DNA from: Girardia tigrina
Lineage: Eukaryota
Assembly: GCA_001938485.1 (NCBI GenBank)
Contig: MQRK01249724.1
Span: 1 to 64,000, forward strand
Length of the DNA stretch: 64,000 nt
Direction: 5' to 3'
Shown here: positions 39,801-52,997 of the stretch, one piece after another
Numbering within the stretch: the first letter of the stretch is position 1
Layout: each line of letters begins with the position of its first letter
The notes under the pieces: model-generated
The model's database searches: none
What the model saw: the letters and a program-made list of their open reading frames with translations, nothing else
Told to the model about the DNA's origin: nothing
Translations under genes and position numbers: made by a program

Positions 39801-42800
39801 GCAATTGTGATACAACTGTCATATAACGTTTGCAATCCAGTATCCACTCTTTGTAAATTGGTTGGATGTTGAGAAATCAACCACAGGCAGAGTTTTCCAT
39901 TTATTTCCATCAATTATGAAAAAGAGATTAGATTTTTGTTCAGATTGTTTATTGAAATCTCCTGGTCTTTTGTGAGAGCATTCATCATATTGTATATAGT
40001 GCTTGTTTCATTATTTGTATTGAAACCAAGCAATATCCACTGAAACTCTCAGATACACAGTAGACACAAAACTCGATTAATATTTATAAAATCTTCCATT
40101 TCTCCGGAATAATTTCAGTAGTGATGATCTTATTAAACAAGAATGCAGTCAACTGGCAGCCTGGGTCGTAATATGATATGATATTTTTTTCTTTATATAT
40201 GAATCATTGTTCATCGCAATTTCAAAGGTTGATTGCGATGTCAACGTAATCCATTCGTCTTTTGGTGGGAGTAATTTTATCAGATTATTCTTTTGAGAGT
40301 ACTCGAATCTAAGAAGGTTAGCAACAGTCTCTCTTTTTGTACTCTTTTATATTCTGTTGGCTAACTTTTTTAGAATATATTACTGATTTTACCGCTGTGT
40401 CCCTGACATTGTCACCTCCTCCTATTCTTTTATTACTTCTGTTTAAGATGTGATGTCGCAATTTGTGACACCGCATACGGATATCAGGAATATCTATGTC
40501 AAACTGCGGGCAAGCTTTTTTTAGTAATAATATTTTCTAGAAATCCGCAGACGAAAGCACCAAAGTCCTAATTGTTAGTTTGCTGCTCACATTCTGCAAA
40601 TATTAAAGGAAGCTTAACTTTATATAATTTGTTTTTCTTATCCGTGATAACTATTAATTTCAGAAAGTAAAGGAGATACAAGTGCAATGACTGTACAGCA
40701 TACTGCCTGTAATATTTCTGCAAAAGTATTATTTTTGCGTGTTTGATTTGCGTGAGATTTTTCTTTCTTATCCTCTGTATTTTTAAACACTTTCTTTGCC
40801 GTATTGTAGCTAACCCGATGTTTGTGTGTGTCGGCTATAAAATGAAAAGTGTAATTTTTTATTTATTTTTATTTATTTATATTTTTTTGTTCATAAGAAA
40901 GAAGAAGAATAATTGAAAGAAAAAAATTATAAGAAAGTAAAAAAATGATAGAATAAAGAAAATTATATATAATCAAGCCAAATTATTTTTGGCTTAGTAA
41001 TATATATAAATAATCGATAAACTCGATCATAAAATACATTAGTTATAATAAATACAACTTGGACATTCAATTCCGTGGAAAGATTAGAATTCAATTTCGA
41101 CATTTTAACTCGTGAAAAGACAATAACTCTCTTATTGTCGGCCGTATCAAACTACTCGAGGATCTTACGGAAAACAATAATTATAATTGAGTTTTGTTTT
41201 TTCTTACTTAAAGCAGGAATAGACACTTACAGTTGGATTACTATTTTAATTAAAAAATTTTGAAAAAATTGAAAAAAAACACTGAGTTGTTATTCTTTAA
41301 TATATTGAGTTGATAATATCTGACGTTTTAGTTTTGTTCTCTCTTATATTTATTCTACGATAAAAAAACCAGATTAAATTTGAACTGTTTACACTATTAG
41401 TTATTTTTGTAGAGGTAATCTGGTTTTTTTACACTGCCAACCAATGAGTGTTGTTGTAATTAATTATTTTTATTTATTTTTTTATTACGCATGACTCGTT
41501 TTTTCCGTGTTCCGTTTTGCAAAGAATCAGTCCAAGTCATAATTGCCATTAAATAACTTAGTAGCTATATAATCTGGTAGAACCAGAAATTTAGAAGAGA
41601 TGCTGACGTCTTTTAAAAATGTATTGATGTCCTCATCGTCATACCAATATGTTGGGTCGGGTGGCCTGTTTGCATCTTTGATACCTATCAAAGTCATAGG
41701 GCCATCATGTCAATTGGTTTTAAAATTATTTTTATATTTTTTATTTTTAGGTGCAACAAATCGTGAGAATATAATAGAAGCTTCCGATAATATGTCATTG
41801 TCGCTCTCCTCAACAATTGTCTTATCCGCCAAAACCTCTGATGACTGACTGTCGGTCATTCTCAGACTCGCATCCAAGTCGACAGGGTTGGCGAACTTTG
41901 CAACTACAGTTATTCAATTATCGGCCGTTCCCAGACTCGTAATCGGGTCAACATTGTTGCTTACAACAGTTGGCAGTACCATTCCGGTTGTATTGACACG
42001 TGTGTCTTTGTTTTTTTAATGTCTTTGGAGATGATGATAATGTTTTTTTGGAACGACAATAGTTGTTTCTGACACGACAGTAGTTTTGTCGGGCATGATA
42101 ATATTTTTCTCGGGCACTTCTTTAATATCATTCGCTGCAAATAGTGCTTTAATAATTACATAATTGTTTAGTTGGATTTTATGTAATTTTATGATATTTT
42201 TTATCCTATGTTTAAGTTCGACATAAGCATTTCTCAATTTATATGTAGTGTCCAAGTTATTTAAAGCTCTAATTTTACTGATTTTATTCTTTGCAGTTTC
42301 ATTACTATCTTTTTTTAGAGTCGTGTAGTTGAACAGATATTTCCTCACACAACAGTCGAATAGCAATGCCGTAGCCCTTGCAATTTTCGTGGCACCGATC
42401 ACAAATTGAGTTTAGGATATAATCCAATTTCTCAGGAGAAAAAACAGTCGGTGCACTGTGAACCAATAAAATTTCTCTCTAAGTGTCAGGAGCCGGAAGT
42501 CCCAGTTCAAAAGCAGTTCTATATAGCCTATCTATAAACCAGCGTGGAATACTTTTAGTTATATTAATTCCTTCCGCTAATAAATGTAAATTATTAATAG
42601 AAGTAGATAATAATTTATTTCTCTTAAATACTTCTAGGATGTTTGAAGCTTCGTCAGTGATTATTACTTTTTCTGCTGTTACAATAGTCGCTACCGCCGA
42701 TGATTGTGTTTTAATTTGTTCGTGTAAAATTTTAAAAGCATGGTGGAAGTTTTCTCTCGCTAGAGTCTAGCGTAATTAATTATTTCATATACCGTCAAGC
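36900..42800 (-). mobile_element. Degenerate NeSL/R2-superfamily non-LTR retrotransposon (Ulp1-like protease, RT, CCHC, restriction-like endonuclease)
   Basis: Protease: YWYDDEDINTFL (41612-41650) and ECEQQTNN*DFGAFVCGF (40540-40595). RT: KTSPG, WRPIALM, FLDLTDAFGSIP, GVRPGCPLSMLLF, LAYAEVLA, KFKPSKC, YRYLGV. C-terminus: CRACSKDTETQIHVLC, RHNAV, RVDL, IDVKTP. GC-rich 3' UTR at ~36900-37070. Confidence 0.85.
40075..40172. repeat. Internal duplication of RT-region sequence 39183-39262
   Basis: ttccatttctccggaataatt..gtgatgatcttattaaacaagaatgcagtcaactggcagcctgggtcgtaat occurs at both sites (copy spans ~40095-40172). Confidence 0.85.
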
Positions 42801-43299
42801 GAAAAATAATAATAGAATTTAAAAATTCGATCAATAGATTGAAGGCAATTATTAATATATTATTATTAATTAATATAACAGAATTAATTTCTTTTTAATA
42901 CGTATATCATTTAAATTTTTATTATTAAAATTTCCAACATACATCTCGAGTATTTATTTGTGTACATAGTTTAAAAAGGAAACAAATTCAAACGAAAGAA
43001 GATGTCAACCACTCGTCTCTTTGACCATTTGTATTCTTTGATTATTACGGTTGACTATTGTGATTGGATTATTTTGTGTTTGATTTTTGACTGGAGACAA
43101 AGGTGATTTTATTATTTTATTTTACTATTTTTTGAGGGTGAATTGATTCGTATTAAAGTATATGATTTTTTATGTTTTGTTGGATAATTATTGAAATAAA
43201 AAATAAAAACTGATATTTTCTAGCGGCTAGACGACTTAATGTCGTCAAACGTATGAAAAAAAAATAAATAAAGTATAAATAAATAAGAAAGTTTATACA

Positions 43300-43760
43300 A
43301 TGCATATTAACGCTTTCAAAGAGCGTAAATTGAGCTTCGTTCGACATGATTACACGTCTCCAAAAGTCAGGTTCACCGGCTACGATTTTCTACATGTTTA
43401 GACTATATTGGGCGCGACGAGTCTTGTCTTAAGAATCATTTAGCCAATTGTATTTTCTATGGAAAAAAATGCAAATCCAACTTCAGAATTTTCTACATAG
43501 TCGAGGAATGCATGCCAAACTATTGAGCACGGCTCCGATACGATACCTTCGGACTTTCGGCAATGTCAGCGCTTTAGGCTTTAAGCACATCATTTTGTAA
43601 TCCGGCGTGGACGCTTCTTAACTTTAGGTGTTGATGTTGCCACTAATCCACTTTAACCAAATTTCTCCACTAAACGCAGAATCATCTTCGGTGTTAGCAC
43701 ATTTCGGTATTTACTTCTATACGCGCGTTGCGTTAGAATAACTGATGACTAGTTTGGAAA
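43300..43760 (-). mobile_element. Tc1/mariner (rosa/DD41D-like) transposase remnant
   Basis: PKMILRLVEKFG*SGLV..KKRPR, then EPDFWRRVIMSNEAQFTLFESVNMH (decayed FSDEAHF.L.G.VN motif). Confidence 0.65.
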
Positions 43761-44023
43761 TAAAATTTCACAATTCCTGCTCAATCTTTCGGTGTTTAGT
43801 GCTAAATGGTCAAAATTGGGATCAGGTCGAAAATCTTCCCATCACTTTTAATTTAATACTTAATTCAAGCATTAAATTAAGAATTACTATTGAATTTAAT
43901 TTTGAATTTAGTATTGAATTTCTTTACATGATTACAAAATTGTACTGGTTTGACGTGTCACGATGACGTTGACATCGGGAAATCTGTTTTTTAAAAAACA
44001 TCGGATACCACAAAAAAGCAACC

Positions 44024-44055
<32 letters not shown>

Positions 44056-47000
44056 GGTATTTAGAAAATAATCTTTTACTCTCTTTTTACCTGGCAATTT
44101 AATCAATATCAAGATATCTAACTCGGAATCAGAAGGTTCTTCCAACTATCTAAAATGAATATTATTTCATAGATTGAGGATTGATACCAAAACTTATCTC
44201 ACTAGAGATACTGTTGGTGTGAGGGTGGGCGTAGCGCGGTTAGTAGTAGTCAGTGTTTCTGGGATGAGGGGGGACGGAAAAACCAATCTCCGGCATTCGC
44301 CTGCTGCTGATCAATCTCGTCTCCGGGAGGCTGAAGAAATGTTTGAATCTCCATATGATACGCAATTCATCGCTAAGAACATCCTACTTGGTAGAGTCCA
44401 TTTCTTTGCCATAAGCTCGTCACCAGGAACAACATCGTCGATAATAGCTCAAATCCTTTTGAATGAACGGACTCATGATTTTTAAATCTAAATCCTCATT
44501 GATTGATTGGCCGTAGGAACATAGAATTGGCATTTCTTTTTGAACACATTCAACCGCGGATCCGTGACAAATTTTCATTTTTTTTATCAGGAGAACATCA
44601 GCCGAAAGACGTAAATAATCGCGATAGAAAAGTTTAATGTCGCTAATTGATTCGTTAATCGGTGAATAGATTGTATGCGGTAAATCGGTAAAATTAATTT
44701 TTCTCGAGCTGATTATCTCAACAGCTTAGGCTCTTTGACTGTTATGCATTCTTTCATATAATTCAATAAATTCATCAGAGTATTCACGTAAATCTTATTC
44801 ATTTTCAAAAAGAAGAGAGGAAATGATTTTTTTTATTTGAAGCGATTAATTTCAAATTCAATTTTTTACAACAAAGCTCAATCGATCAACCTTCTTGCAC
44901 CAAACAATAATAACCATTCACATTAACCTTAAATTTCGCCAAAATCCCCCCCCCCAAATTATTTCATTAAAAATTCAATACAAAACCCAATTTCATAAAT
45001 GACTAATTTCCGAAATTCGCCAATTAATTTGATTAAACAAATCGAATAATTTTTAATTATTTTTTTATCGTTTATTTATTTTTTTATTACATTCTTTTTT
45101 TATTGCTTTTTTTGTTTTAAATATTTTTGAAATAGTATTAATTTATTATTTAACATAAGAAGTGTTCGAAAAACATCATATAAAGTATAGATAACAATTC
45201 CCAAAAACAATAAAGCTTAACATACAATCGTTTCATTTTTGGAATCGATCGGATAATGTAACAAATAATGACAAGTTTTTATCAAGAATTCGGTTTAAAC
45301 TTTTCCACTTTGATCATGATGTGGTGAATTCCTTTTTGACGGTCATGTTTTGTAGTTTTGAACGTTGAGCGATTTTAATTGGAGTATCGAATTATCAGCT
45401 CTGTATGATTTCATTCATTTTCTCGTCTTTCAATTGCTTTTCTCGGGTGAGTTCTTTTGCTTCTTCGTCAGAATCTCGTTGAACTTCTCCTTTCAACTGG
45501 TAATCGTCACACATCATTTTGTGATATTCGGGGAGTTTAGATCTCTCTGTTTTTAAAAAAATCATGATTTTCTATCGAATTACGGTAGTTTGTATTACGG
45601 AAACGGACTAATGGGGCAAAGATTACCACTAACCCGTCTACGCAATTACTTATTAAATCGAGTAAATAAAAAAAATATAAACTGTTGAATAAATGTTATA
45701 ATTACAAACAACACTTAACAGAAAGAGGAGTTAATATAGTACACAAGTTGTTAAAACACAAAAGAGTACGAGATGTAGGTCAAAAAATATAGATTCCGAT
45801 GATACGCTAAGTAAAAAAATATGATAAACGTTACTTTAGAATCAGGTCTCGAAAACGATATACCGGAAGTGAAGGGATAAATCGCTTGCCGGATCAAACG
45901 ATGGGATGTTTCGTTAGAGGAAATAGCGATGACTGGAGTATCACTGGCTGGACTAAACAATGACCTATTCCTTCGATTGGTTCTTTTTCTGTTTTACTGG
46001 TAACCTAGATAAGTTGGTCCAACAGTTCTAATGTACCCGATTCCGAAATTAGTCGAGCGGGATTAATCAACTCGCCGACAGTGATTCGAATCGGAAAAAT
46101 TATTGTTTCGTCGATGGACGGTTTGTTGGGAGAAACGAGAGAATAATGAGCTCTGATTCCAATAACTTTACAGTATTTTTTAAAGATCGATTTAATTATT
46201 GATCATTTAAAATTTTAAATTATTGTCATTGGCAATGTCATTTAATATCATTTGGTCGTTTAACATAATTCTAAATATAATGAATTATTTCCACAAAAAA
46301 TAAATAAAAGTAAACAAAAAAAATATTCCACTCAGTAAAAAAATAATACATATTCAATAAAATAAAATTTCATATGCAATAAAAAAATAGAATGTTTTAC
46401 ATAATCACAAAAAAATAAGTAAAAAAAAATCATAAAAATTCTACATGCCAAAACCGAAAAACATGGTGATACACTACAATTTGCTAAATTTCTCTTTCAG
46501 TGATTCTCTTCTCGGAAGAAATATATTCTAATCGAGTTTTAACGATTTCCTTCGCTTCTGATAAATCCTGTTTGATTAAAACCAGTCTGATCGATTTGTA
46601 ACCACGTTATCATCATTTGACTGGACGAGATCATCCTTGTCGCCTCCCTCCCGACGGCGAATCAAGCAGATACTTTAAATTTAACTTGTAACTTCTCGCT
46701 TGATGATTGAAATTTCTTTAATATTTATATATCGAAAGAGATATTCTCAAATCGATGCCAATTATTTAGTTTCTTTATGGAATGTTACAAGCGATATTTT
46801 TCAAATATAAAAATAAATGATGGAACAATTCTTCAGAAATAACTTTAGTTTGTAGGTTTGGGAGACAAGTCCAGATGTTCAAAGTGGAAGATTGATAGAT
46901 TACGTTTGATAGATTTTAATTTTTGCTTTTTTGCAGAATAGTTGAAATCTTATACAACTTTATTTGAAGTAGATGGATCTTCTGCCTCGAATTCCAGCTT

Positions 47001-48039
47001 GAAGAGATCCATATCCAATTCTTCTTTGAAAAATTTTCGCGCTGCCATTAGGCTTTTTTCGGTATCCAATGCCGAGATTACATGTTCGATCTGGGCCTTC
47101 TGCTGAATTGCCGTTGGATTTTGTGTCGCTTTCTTTGATTGAGGCTTGTAGAAATATCAAATTCAATCTCAAAGAAGAACAATAAAAAAATCTTTTCAGC
47201 TTTGATCTGTTGAATTTGTTATTTCTAACTAGTATAAATCGTGAAGAAAAGATCAATTACGATAAACATAGACTAAGTTAATCAAACTGTATAATTCTCT
47301 TTGAAATTTAATGAAATTAGTCGTTATTTAATCAACACTAACAATTAATTAATAAATAAGAATAATAAACTCGATTGTTGAGCAATAAAAAAATTTTTAA
47401 TGATAGTAACCTTTACAATAGTAACACCATGCTATCCAATAAAGTAATTGAAACAAAGCCACTATATATGGGAATTCAGAGTCAATGATTATACCACAAT
47501 ATAAATAGTAAGCTGATTAAAAAAATATTCAGTGAGGAGAATCACACGATTGATACATGCAATGACAGTCAGCAAGTTAGTCGAACAGAAAATTCGCAGC
47601 TAAGCATAAATATAAATTATAATAATTTCTGGATTGATTTCTATTTTGATTTCTAAAGCTTCTTCACTTTTAAAATCTTCTGTTGAATGATATTGTAATC
47701 CCTCCAAGATTCCACAGTGCTTCTATATTTAGGAATTGTAATTTGCGGATGGATTCTATTTGTATTTGATTGCCACAATTGATGGATTAATTACTGCTCG
47801 AATACAAAGTTCCAAATTCTTTTGGGTAATTTCCCATGATGAGAATTTCTGCAATCTGTTCGATTGTGACCTATCCTTTCCGAAGATAAGGATGGATTCA
47901 GATATAATGTGCCACTCAATTGACCCGGTGGTCATTCCTACGCAAAATCCTTGCGTGGCTGTGGCACGTTGGTGCTTGGAGGCGGATTTCAGGTCGTGGG
48001 AAGAGACGAATTATGATCTCACCCACCAGATCTTTGCTT

Positions 48040-48470
48040 TCTGACAAATCCCTTAGATACTGCTCATCATCGTCACCATTGAATATAATTAGGATTTTGT
48101 CGGCCGCCATATACAGCGAATATAATTCCTCTTCACGACTGAAGTCCAACAGTTCGTTGATCGTGTGACAATCTTTTCTCAGGAAATTAAGCGCCTCCAG
48201 ATGGAAATGTTCAGCATTTCGAGACACATCGATCATCCAAATTTTCCCGTCATAATAAACAAGATTAAATTCAGTCAAATTCACGTGAATCAATTGACAA
48301 TTGTGAAACAACACTCATATTTCCCGATTTGTTCATACAATTCCACCTTCTCGGTCTCAAATTCAAAATCTTTCAATTTTGGCCTCTCCCATCGATCCAA
48401 TCATCGGCATCACAAGCACCATGCTTTTCTGTTTAATCAAATTCATAAAAACCAGATCGCATTTATATAC
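48040..48470 (-). pseudogene. RIO-family atypical kinase pseudogene fragment (RIOK1/RIOK3-like C-lobe)
   Basis: Frameshifted VLVMPMIG / PKLKDFEFETEKVELYEQI / LFHNCQLIHVNLTEFNLVYYDGKIWMIDVSRNAEHFHLEALNFLRKDC. The catalytic HADL is altered to HVNL. Confidence 0.85.
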
Positions 48471-49479
48471 ATTTAACTTTTGCAACGATTCACGCAACAT
48501 TGCTCTAATTTAAAACGGAACAATTCACGGAAAACAATTTATTTTTCCATATTTATATTTAAATTTCGCCAAAAATTTCAATAAAAAATTGATTCATTTA
48601 AACAATTTCATCTAATTAATCACGTACGCAAATTTAATCACAACAACTTTTTAAAAATTTCACCTTTACGTATTTCATTTAAACAAATTTTCGCTCAAAA
48701 CATTAATAACTACTACACAATAAACAAAAATTTCATCTTTATACAAAAATTCAAATGGACGGATCTACGTCCAGATTTCATTTTTTAATTAACCGTTTTG
48801 GCAAGATCTTTTTTTTGTTTCATTTGATTTTTTTAATTTATTTAATTTTTCAAACACAAATAAAACTTTAATTATTCAAAAAGCACAAAGTCGATAAATT
48901 AATCGAAAACATAATAAAACGTCCGTGTATTATTCGGTGTATTATCGAGCTTTTCATAAGCCGCACATTTTATCGAATCCTTCAGTTTCTTTGATTGAAC
49001 ATTTTCGAATATTTTTTAATCGTTAGACAAAGATTTTATTTTTGAAACTTCCAAATAATATTTTGGTTTCCATGATGGAAACTCAATTAGACAGAGCGCA
49101 ACTCGGGACGAATCGAATCCAAGTTTCATTTTTCGAATTTCTATTTTTTGGGGGGGTTTACTACGATATCAGTCCCTCTAATGTGAATCGAACATTAGTT
49201 TTAAATTCGAAATTTCCGTATATAAAAATGATTCTTCTCAAGTATTTCAATAGAGGAGTAAAAGAAGTGTTGCTCCAAAAACTCACAGCTGCTAAAGCAG
49301 GAAATAAAATAGAAAAAAATCGAAAACTGCAATTAATTACAAACTATTATATATGGTAGCAGAGCGTGGTTTAAATTTTTTGAATTAAAGAAGGTAATAA
49401 TTCACTTTTTAAATGAGAAGTTTATTAATTATAAACGAATTAATCAACACCAAGGGTGACCGTGACATAGAGTTTTTGA

Positions 49480-50888
49480 CGAATTGTTCTTCCACAAAGG
49501 TTGATTTCGAGTAATATATTTATAATAATATTGAAATTTTAAATTAGTTTCCTCATCTTAGTTTTATTATTTTGTATTTAGATTTGTAGAAATTGAGAGT
49601 AACTTGTTGTTGAATGGTTGAACATGTATTGAGTATTAGAACTTGTTCATTTTTATTTGATTTTCTTTAAACATGTAGTTTGTCTTTTGTTGAATGAACT
49701 ATCACTCTATTTGGTTTGATAATTTGAGATTCAAAATATATCCAGCTTAAAGTATAATTTTGATCCAGTTCATCGATAACGCAAGTCAACACATTTTTTG
49801 GCTTTGACAAAGGATGGCTAGATTCAGTCAGTTCTTGATTATAATCAATAAGGTTTTAAGTTTAACAATGTTCTTGAAAATAATCGTACGCTTTTTAAAT
49901 ATTTACTGAGGACTTTATTGAGTTTGCTGGTCTTAATAATTTTTGATCACGATGGTTCTGTAGTAATCAAATTATAAACGTCTTTTGTTCAAAGTTGCAT
50001 AAACATTATAAATTGAGTAGGGAACAATTCTTTAGCAATAACTTTATTGAGTATCACAAAGTAGATGAAAAATATACAGCGACGGAATGAATAATGGAGG
50101 CCTCTTTATTACACTTATTAACAAATAAATATAATTTTCTTTTCATGTAGACAAGTTTTATGCTCTGTTTACTTCTTTTTGTGTGAACATTAATTTAAAA
50201 TTGTACGGGTATTTCTATCCGATTTTATATAATAAAAATATTTTTAATAAATTTCCAGTAGAACTATATATCTGGCAGCATCGGTAAGCAAACGATAAAA
50301 ATTTTCTCTATCAATAGCAAAGTCTTTGATAATTTGGTCAATTTCAAAAGAAACATCAGCAATAGTCAGAGATTTATGGAACGCAGTAGATCGTAAAAAG
50401 TTTGCTCAGGATTTTTAAACAATCTAACAAGATTATGACCAATATTTATACCAATATTTCATCAAAATCAAGATAAAAGTTTTCTCCCTGTAGCATCAAT
50501 TTGATTTTCTGAATCATTCTCTCAAATAAGAAATCAATCTGGTCTCTGCAATGCGTTTCAGAAGGAAGTAGATGGTTCATTGATTTAGAAAGCTGGAAAA
50601 AATTGGCTTTCATTAAGTTCAGTGGAATTTCCACACTCAAAAATGCTTCAGTGATTTGCAAAGTAAATTGCTGATTCTCATTCACTGTTGTGATTTTTGG
50701 TTGATCAACAAACCTTCGAGCCAACTTAAGATGTTTCATTGACTTCTGATGTGGATTAATGATGAATAGTTTTTTACAGCAAACTTCAACATTGTAAAGT
50801 TTTCAAACTTTTCCAACAACTGTAAAATCATTTAGACTTTTCAAAACAGCAGCATTTGCCTCTCAAACCTTTTTTTACCTTTTGGCAT
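49480..50888 (-). mobile_element. Degenerate hAT-related transposase (CGGBP1-like type)
   Basis: FTLQITEAFLSVEIPL..LPSETHCR..IKLMLQGENFYLDFDE (ORF 50446-50739) and LLTDAARY near 50270-50292; many stops and frameshifts. Confidence 0.65.
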
Positions 50889-51095
50889 TAAATTAAACTA
50901 AAAATTCAAATTAAATTATGTCGGTTGAATAGGAAAATAAAAGTATAAAAATACTAAGTAATTCGGTAACAGTTACGTTTTTAGCACAATTTCAAAAAAT
51001 GATTTGTTTGTATTCTTCAGTATTTTCTTGTTTTAATTGTTTTTTAACTCGTGCATCTGTACATAATTTGTCTAATGTTACCCTAATGTTGTGTT

Positions 51096-51330
51096 CTATT
51101 TGCTTGTTTGTATATTGTCCTTCAAGCGCCTTCTAAAAATATTTAAACCCTGATTTGCAATTTCAAAACTGGACGACAAATTCCAAACTCTGTGAACAAG
51201 CCCTTTGATCATACCCTCTCTGTATTTTTCCTCACAAAAACTCTGTGGTATTGTGTAAAGACCTGTATCTGTTGCCTTTCTGAATAATTCAGTTTTATAG
51301 CCTCTGTAAAAGTTATTATTCCGAAAATGG
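51096..51330 (-). mobile_element. Penelope-like element RT C-terminal (thumb) fragment
   Basis: KTELFRKATDTGLY...S....KYREGMIKGLVHRVWNLSS matches the PLE YRKxTxTGxY...LxxRA pattern. Confidence 0.75.
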
Positions 51331-52174
51331 TGGAATAACAAATTTTACTAACAAATAAATAAAAATTATAACGTTATCTTAACGTAATTACAACCAAAGT
51401 AAATAACAAAAGAAAATTAATAAATAAAATGATAAAGATAACCCGTGCATTTGATAGAAACTTTTATTAGAGAGAACAATGTCTAACAAGCTCAAAATAC
51501 TCGGTAAGTAATTAATTAATTTGTCATTTAAATTGTCAATAATTTTTATTGATGTTAATATTTTATTAACATACATTAATTATTTTAACATTTGCAGTAG
51601 TATTCCGGGCTTCGCCTACCTCCTTAGTTTTCCCGATTGGTTCCACCGTAAATGTTGATAAAATTAAATTGCATGTCATGAAAAATAATAAATACGATCT
51701 TTTCATTCTTGTTTGTTGGAGTTGTTTAATCATCGTTATCTAACTGTTTTTCGAGCAACGTGAAGCGTCAAAATATTATAAAGTTGTTATTTCACTAAGA
51801 TCTTGATGTCATTCTTTGATATTCTTGTCGGGAATTTGAGGGCCGCCTTTACAACGATATTAAGGTCTCTATATGTTAATAGAAAATTTAGACTTCGTGC
51901 TATTGTTATAAATAAATACATTTGGTTCATAAAAATCATACCAAAACAAAAAAAATCACAACATCAATCCATCATACGTCACATGCGTCACACACAAGAA
52001 AACTTATGTACAAAAATAAAACTAATGAGATCAAGACATTGTACAATTAACGCTTAAGCAAAACAAAAACATATACTCATTTTCTTTTCGTACTCGTAAT
52101 CTAAAACTACAAGAGAAAAAGAAATCCATATACAAAACACACGGGAATAGTGTTTCACAGCCTCCATTCATCCT

Positions 52175-52997
52175 AGTGACAAGAAAAATTTTCTTTTTCC
52201 CAATCCATCACCAGTTTCGTTTGAGTCGCACTGAACATAGACACGAGAAACTCGCTCGATGATTCCTTACACTTATCATAGATAATTTGAAATTGATCAG
52301 AAAAACTATTCAAATTGTCGTCAAATATTTTATCACTCTCGTCAATCACCGACTAACTCAGCCGATTCAAATTTATGACAGTCGAGTCTTTATTGAACAT
52401 TTTGATTAATCTCATCGGCATACAAATAAAAATTTCCGATTTCACATTAATCGACTTCTTGAAAAACAGAAACACTCGGATCTTCCTCTTGTCCAATTGG
52501 AGGTCTTCCAAGAGACAGACATTCATGGAATGTTTGCTTGGCCAGCTCAATTGTCGAGCATAAAACGACTGTTCGCGGATAACAAACTGACCGATCACAA
52601 TCGGTATAAGTATTGGTCGATTGGAGAATCGTGGGGATAATCAGTATTTAAAATGCGGTGGTTTTTGCGGAACCATTTGAAGCGATTGTAAATAAATTCA
52701 AGTTTTCCAGCATGACGGGGATCGCTTGCATTTGAAATGGAGTCGGAGATTTGTAGTCTAGTGTCGAGAAACAATTGAGAATCTCATTTGACATTTGATA
52801 TTCTGTGATCAATTCTTGAAATGTGACAATATGATCGGGAATCGGACAATTGTTCGATTTGATTTGGTTTTTTGCACGAATTTTACTCACTTTTCGTTTT
52901 TTGTGATCGATTTCTTTTCTTTTTTAGTGGTATTTATTTCTTTTTCATTAATATCTGTTCCATCGACTAGTAATTTATATGAAGCATATGAGTCCAT
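52175..52997 (-). pseudogene. DDX52: DEAD-box RNA helicase DDX52/ROK1 pseudogene (N-terminal domain only)
   Basis: ATG at 52997 (MDSYASYKLL), then a frameshift. IPDHIVTFQEL..Y..PTPFQMQAIPVML..ASNGSAKTTAF* (Q motif, decayed Walker A), VIDESDKIF (DESD typical of ROK1), MFSAT. Confidence 0.85.
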
